DNA of 64,000 nt from Candidatus Versatilivorator sp. (GTDB lineage Bacteria > Acidobacteriota > Terriglobia > Versatilivoradales > Versatilivoraceae). Made by a program: the position numbers and the translations under genes. Positions 61,119 to 64,000 of this stretch are shown here, in pieces (positions within the stretch are counted from its first letter, which is position 1; each line of letters starts with the position of its first letter). The notes below the pieces were generated by a model. The model worked only from the letters and a program-made list of their open reading frames with translations. It did not search any database and was not told where the DNA came from. The stretch covers positions 4,512,001 through 4,576,000 of the forward strand of contig OZ242296.1 of the NCBI GenBank assembly GCA_965207735.1. The letters run 5' to 3'.

Positions 61119-62483
61119 CTACAAGGCATCCTTTCCACTGACTCTGTCGAATTCGATCTCCGCCAGCTTGGACGCAGCTTGTAACTCAAGCAAGCGTAGT
61201 GCGGCATCCAGCGCTGCCCGAACGGCATTTAGCAGGTTCGTTTCATCCATCTTTCCGGCCCGATACTCGGTCAATGCAATTTCATTGAGTTCGTCGAGAC
61301 TCACCAGGGATCGAGACCGGTAGTCTTCGACAACTTGGCGGCGGATGCGTAAGGTATGGTGAGCTGCACGAACCTCTGAAAGAATCCGATGCCGAAGCCT
61401 GTTCAGACGTATTCGCCGGTCGCTTTCCACCGCGCTCGCCGATGTCTTGAGCTGCCGTCGTTGGCCGGAGACCGACAAGGGAATCGATACGGCAAAATAG
61501 GGTCCTACGGCATAGCGGTCGCCCAGGTCCGCTCTCTTGATTCCCCCGAGGATCTTTGGGTTGGGGAGGCGCCATCGGTTAGCCGCCTCGGCTTCGAGCC
61601 GGGATAGCTGCAGCCTTTCTGTCGCTGCCTGGAAATCGTAACGGGACGAGAGTGATTCGGCGAGTGCTGCCCCGAGAGGCGGCAACTCGTACCTCGGGTC
61701 GAGAGTTCCCGACGCGCGAAGCTTTTCCGGATCGGCACGCCCACCCAAGAGTCCGGCCAGCAGCGCCCGCATTTCCACGATTGCGATATCGGATTCGGCT
61801 CCCGCGACGCCAAGTTCTGCGTGTGCCTCTTCGGCGAGGAACCCGTCGAGGCGTGATGCCATGCCCTTGACATGAAGCTCTTGTACGACACTGACAATCT
61901 TCTCAAGTACGGTGATGGCGTGCTGTATGATTTCCTTTCGTTTCTGTGCGCGTATGAGTTGATAGAATGCTTCGAGCATCCGGGATTCCGTCTGGCGCAA
62001 CTCATGAATTGCATCGGCCGTATCGGCAGCGGCAGCCGATTGTCCAGCGCGCCGCAAGAGCCTGCGCTGTCCGTTTACAGCGATCTCCTGCTCGATACCA
62101 TAAATGTCAGTTCGACCGGCGCCTTCGAACGATAAGCTCAGAATGGGGCCAGGATTGGCCGGGGATCGCACGACTGACGCCTCGGCCGCTGCAGAGTTTA
62201 CCGGTGCTTCCATTTGCGAAAAGCTCTTGCGCAGGTACTGCAGTGCCAGGGAATGGGTCAGTTCTTGGGAGTTGGCTCCCGCTCCCCAGAAAATCAGCAC
62301 AAGACCGATGGGGATGCCGATGCAATGCCGACGGAGACATGTCTGCCACTTCAGGAGGATTCCCGGCGGTGCTAAATCGTGCACCGATTGCCCTCTGTTC
62401 CCTCGGGTTCGGTCGCGTTCCCATGGCTTGCGGCCTACCCTCCGTCGCTCGTCCCTCATGATAGGAGCGTCACCGGGATTCAT
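61119..62483 (-). CDS. TolC-family outer membrane efflux protein (CzcC-like)
   Basis: Helical repeats, LPNP, SIPL and EYRAG motifs; ATGA overlap with the upstream gene. Confidence 0.8.
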   Translation of the reverse strand: MNPGDAPIMRDERRRVGRKPWERDRTRGNRGQSVHDLAPPGILLKWQTCLRRHCIGIPIGLVLIFWGAGANSQELTHSLALQYLRKSFSQMEAPVNSAAAEASVVRSPANPGPILSLSFEGAGRTDIYGIEQEIAVNGQRRLLRRAGQSAAAADTADAIHELRQTESRMLEAFYQLIRAQKRKEIIQHAITVLEKIVSVVQELHVKGMASRLDGFLAEEAHAELGVAGAESDIAIVEMRALLAGLLGGRADPEKLRASGTLDPRYELPPLGAALAESLSSRYDFQAATERLQLSRLEAEAANRWRLPNPKILGGIKRADLGDRYAVGPYFAVSIPLSVSGQRRQLKTSASAVESDRRIRLNRLRHRILSEVRAAHHTLRIRRQVVEDYRSRSLVSLDELNEIALTEYRAGKMDETNLLNAVRAALDAALRLLELQAASKLAEIEFDRVSGKDAL

Positions 62484-63721
62484 TCTTCACCTCCGTTCCC
62501 TTGAGAGACATGAATCCGAATCAGTTCGGCGCGACCGTACTTCTCCTCGACGACCTCCACCGTGGCACCCCTGAGTTGGACACGGTCACCTGCTTTCACC
62601 AAGCGGCCGAGGTGACTGACCAACAGGCCTGAAAGGGTCTCGACGTCCGCTGAGTACAGGTCGAGACCGCACTCCCGATTCACCCGTTCGATCAGTACCT
62701 GGCCCTTGACCTTGAAGGTGAGCGGACCCTCCCGAGCGATGTCCGGTGACTCTGAATCGAACTCGTCTTGAACAGCGCCAACGATTTGTTCCATGACGTT
62801 TTCCAAGGTAACGACGCCCACGACGGTTCCGTATTCGTCGTCCACCAGAGCCATATGTTGACGGGTGCGCTGCATCTCGCGTAAGAGTCTGCTGATCGGT
62901 AGCGTTTCCGGCACATGCCAAGGGGGTCTTGCGATCGAACGGATCTCGAATTCCGGGCCTTCAGTCACTCCAAGAAGATCCTTGACGTGGATGATGCCGA
63001 TCGCCTCATCCAGAGAGCCGTGGCATAGGGGGAATCGTGTGTGTCGAGTATGTTTTGCGACTTCGAGGCTCTTGGTGAGAGACCAGGTCGCACCAAGAAA
63101 TTCAACGTCCTTGCGCGAGACCATGATTTGTCTGACCGACAAGTCGTCGAATTGAAACACTGCGTTTAGCAGTCGAAGTTCCGTCCCCGATAGTTCGCCT
63201 TCCTTGCGGCCGAGGCGGATACTGGCCTGGATTTCATCCTCCGTGATCGTGGCGGAGTTGTGACTTCCCGTGAAGAAGTTGGCAAACGCCTGAGTCACCT
63301 TTATGATCGGAGCAAGTACCCTCTGCATAATGGTCAGGGGCCAGACGGTGAGATGCCAGAGCGTGCGCCAACGAGTGGCTCCGTACGTCTTGGGCAGGAT
63401 CTCGCCGACAAACAGAATCGCCACCGTCAGGATCACAGAAACGGCCGGCACAAGGGAGGAACCCAGAATCTCGGTAGCGTACATGCCACAGAAGGTTGCT
63501 CCGGCCGTGTTGGCTATGGTGTTCAGCACCAGGATGGCGGAGGTCGGTCGGGCGATGTTTGATTTCATGTTCATGAAACGCTCGGCCAAAGCGGAATGCC
63601 TGCCATCGGCCCTCTCTGCTTCCAGTGCTCCCATCCTGGTCGAGAACAGGATGGACTCGAACAGGGAGCAGATACTCGATGTCAACACCGTCAGGCTGGC
63701 GGCAACCAGTAGCAGAATCAT
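62480..63721 (-). CDS. CNNM/hemolysin-family protein (DUF21 + CBS pair + CorC/HlyC)
   Basis: ILVLNTIAN, GEILPKT, HTRFPL, VDDEYG and TLENVMEQIVG. Confidence 0.92.
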   Translation of the reverse strand: MILLLVAASLTVLTSSICSLFESILFSTRMGALEAERADGRHSALAERFMNMKSNIARPTSAILVLNTIANTAGATFCGMYATEILGSSLVPAVSVILTVAILFVGEILPKTYGATRWRTLWHLTVWPLTIMQRVLAPIIKVTQAFANFFTGSHNSATITEDEIQASIRLGRKEGELSGTELRLLNAVFQFDDLSVRQIMVSRKDVEFLGATWSLTKSLEVAKHTRHTRFPLCHGSLDEAIGIIHVKDLLGVTEGPEFEIRSIARPPWHVPETLPISRLLREMQRTRQHMALVDDEYGTVVGVVTLENVMEQIVGAVQDEFDSESPDIAREGPLTFKVKGQVLIERVNRECGLDLYSADVETLSGLLVSHLGRLVKAGDRVQLRGATVEVVEEKYGRAELIRIHVSQGNGGEE

Positions 63722-63750
63722 GCGAACCCCTCACAGTTTGAGGTAGAATT

Positions 63751-64000
63751 TCAGATGAGATCGGCAAACACCACGGCCAGTCCAAGAAAGCTGAAAAAAC
63801 CGACGACGTCGGTAACCGTGGTCAGCAGGATGGATGACGACTGTGCGGCGTCTCTGCCGGCCGCCGTGAGAAGAAGCGGAATGATGGCGCCAGCAATGCC
63901 TGCCACGGCCATCGAGAGGACCATTGCGATGCCAATGACCAGCACAAGTCCGATCGAGCCACTCCATAAGTACACGCTGGCACAAGTGACGACCCCCACG
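63751..64000 (-). CDS. mgtE: Magnesium transporter MgtE (C-terminal part; gene runs off the window)
   Basis: IIPLLL...DAAQSSSILLTTVTDVVGFFSFLGLA. Confidence 0.85.
   Translation of the reverse strand, partial: VGVVTCASVYLWSGSIGLVLVIGIAMVLSMAVAGIAGAIIPLLLTAAGRDAAQSSSILLTTVTDVVGFFSFLGLAVVFADLI

Larger units (their letters stand above)
57536..64000 (-). mobile_element. Second (degenerate) integrative element of the same family, extending beyond the window
   Basis: 57558-57810 is homologous to the left end 42042-42435; core GGCGGCGACT in the same register; contains relics of RHH, structured region, Rep-like gene and integrase. Right boundary not seen. Confidence 0.6.

Noticed and set aside
42020-64000. 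Prophage or conjugative ICE
   Set aside because: There are no structural, packaging, lysis or T4SS genes.

Overview
GC-rich bacterial window. The gene content (DUF1501 with DUF1549/DUF1553 cytochrome proteins, PQQ beta-propeller, sialidases, Tat-exported enolase-family enzyme) suggests an Acidobacteriota/Planctomycetota-type organism; this is inference. The backbone carries tRNA-Leu(CAG), RNase R, tRNA-Met(CAT), KatG, sialidase/glycosidase genes, a polyamine-type ABC transporter and a sodium:solute symporter. The intergenic DNA is dense with at least four families of REP-like repeats. Mobile DNA comprises a group II intron, two apparently identical DDE IS copies, one IS1634, and a family of P4-type-integrase elements. 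The main observation is a 14.85-kb integrative element (42020-56884) bounded by the direct repeat CTACGCGGCT(G/A)AGG and inserted into a REP palindrome rather than a tRNA. Its core is integrase, a Rep-like protein, a structured non-coding region and an RHH protein. Its cargo is defence-like: type III R-M, PLD nuclease, and an MBL hydrolase with a membrane protein. Two more ends of the same family (881-890 and 57536-57545) sit in the same REP in the opposite orientation and in exactly the same register. The group II intron and the IS1634 are also inserted in interspersed repeats.
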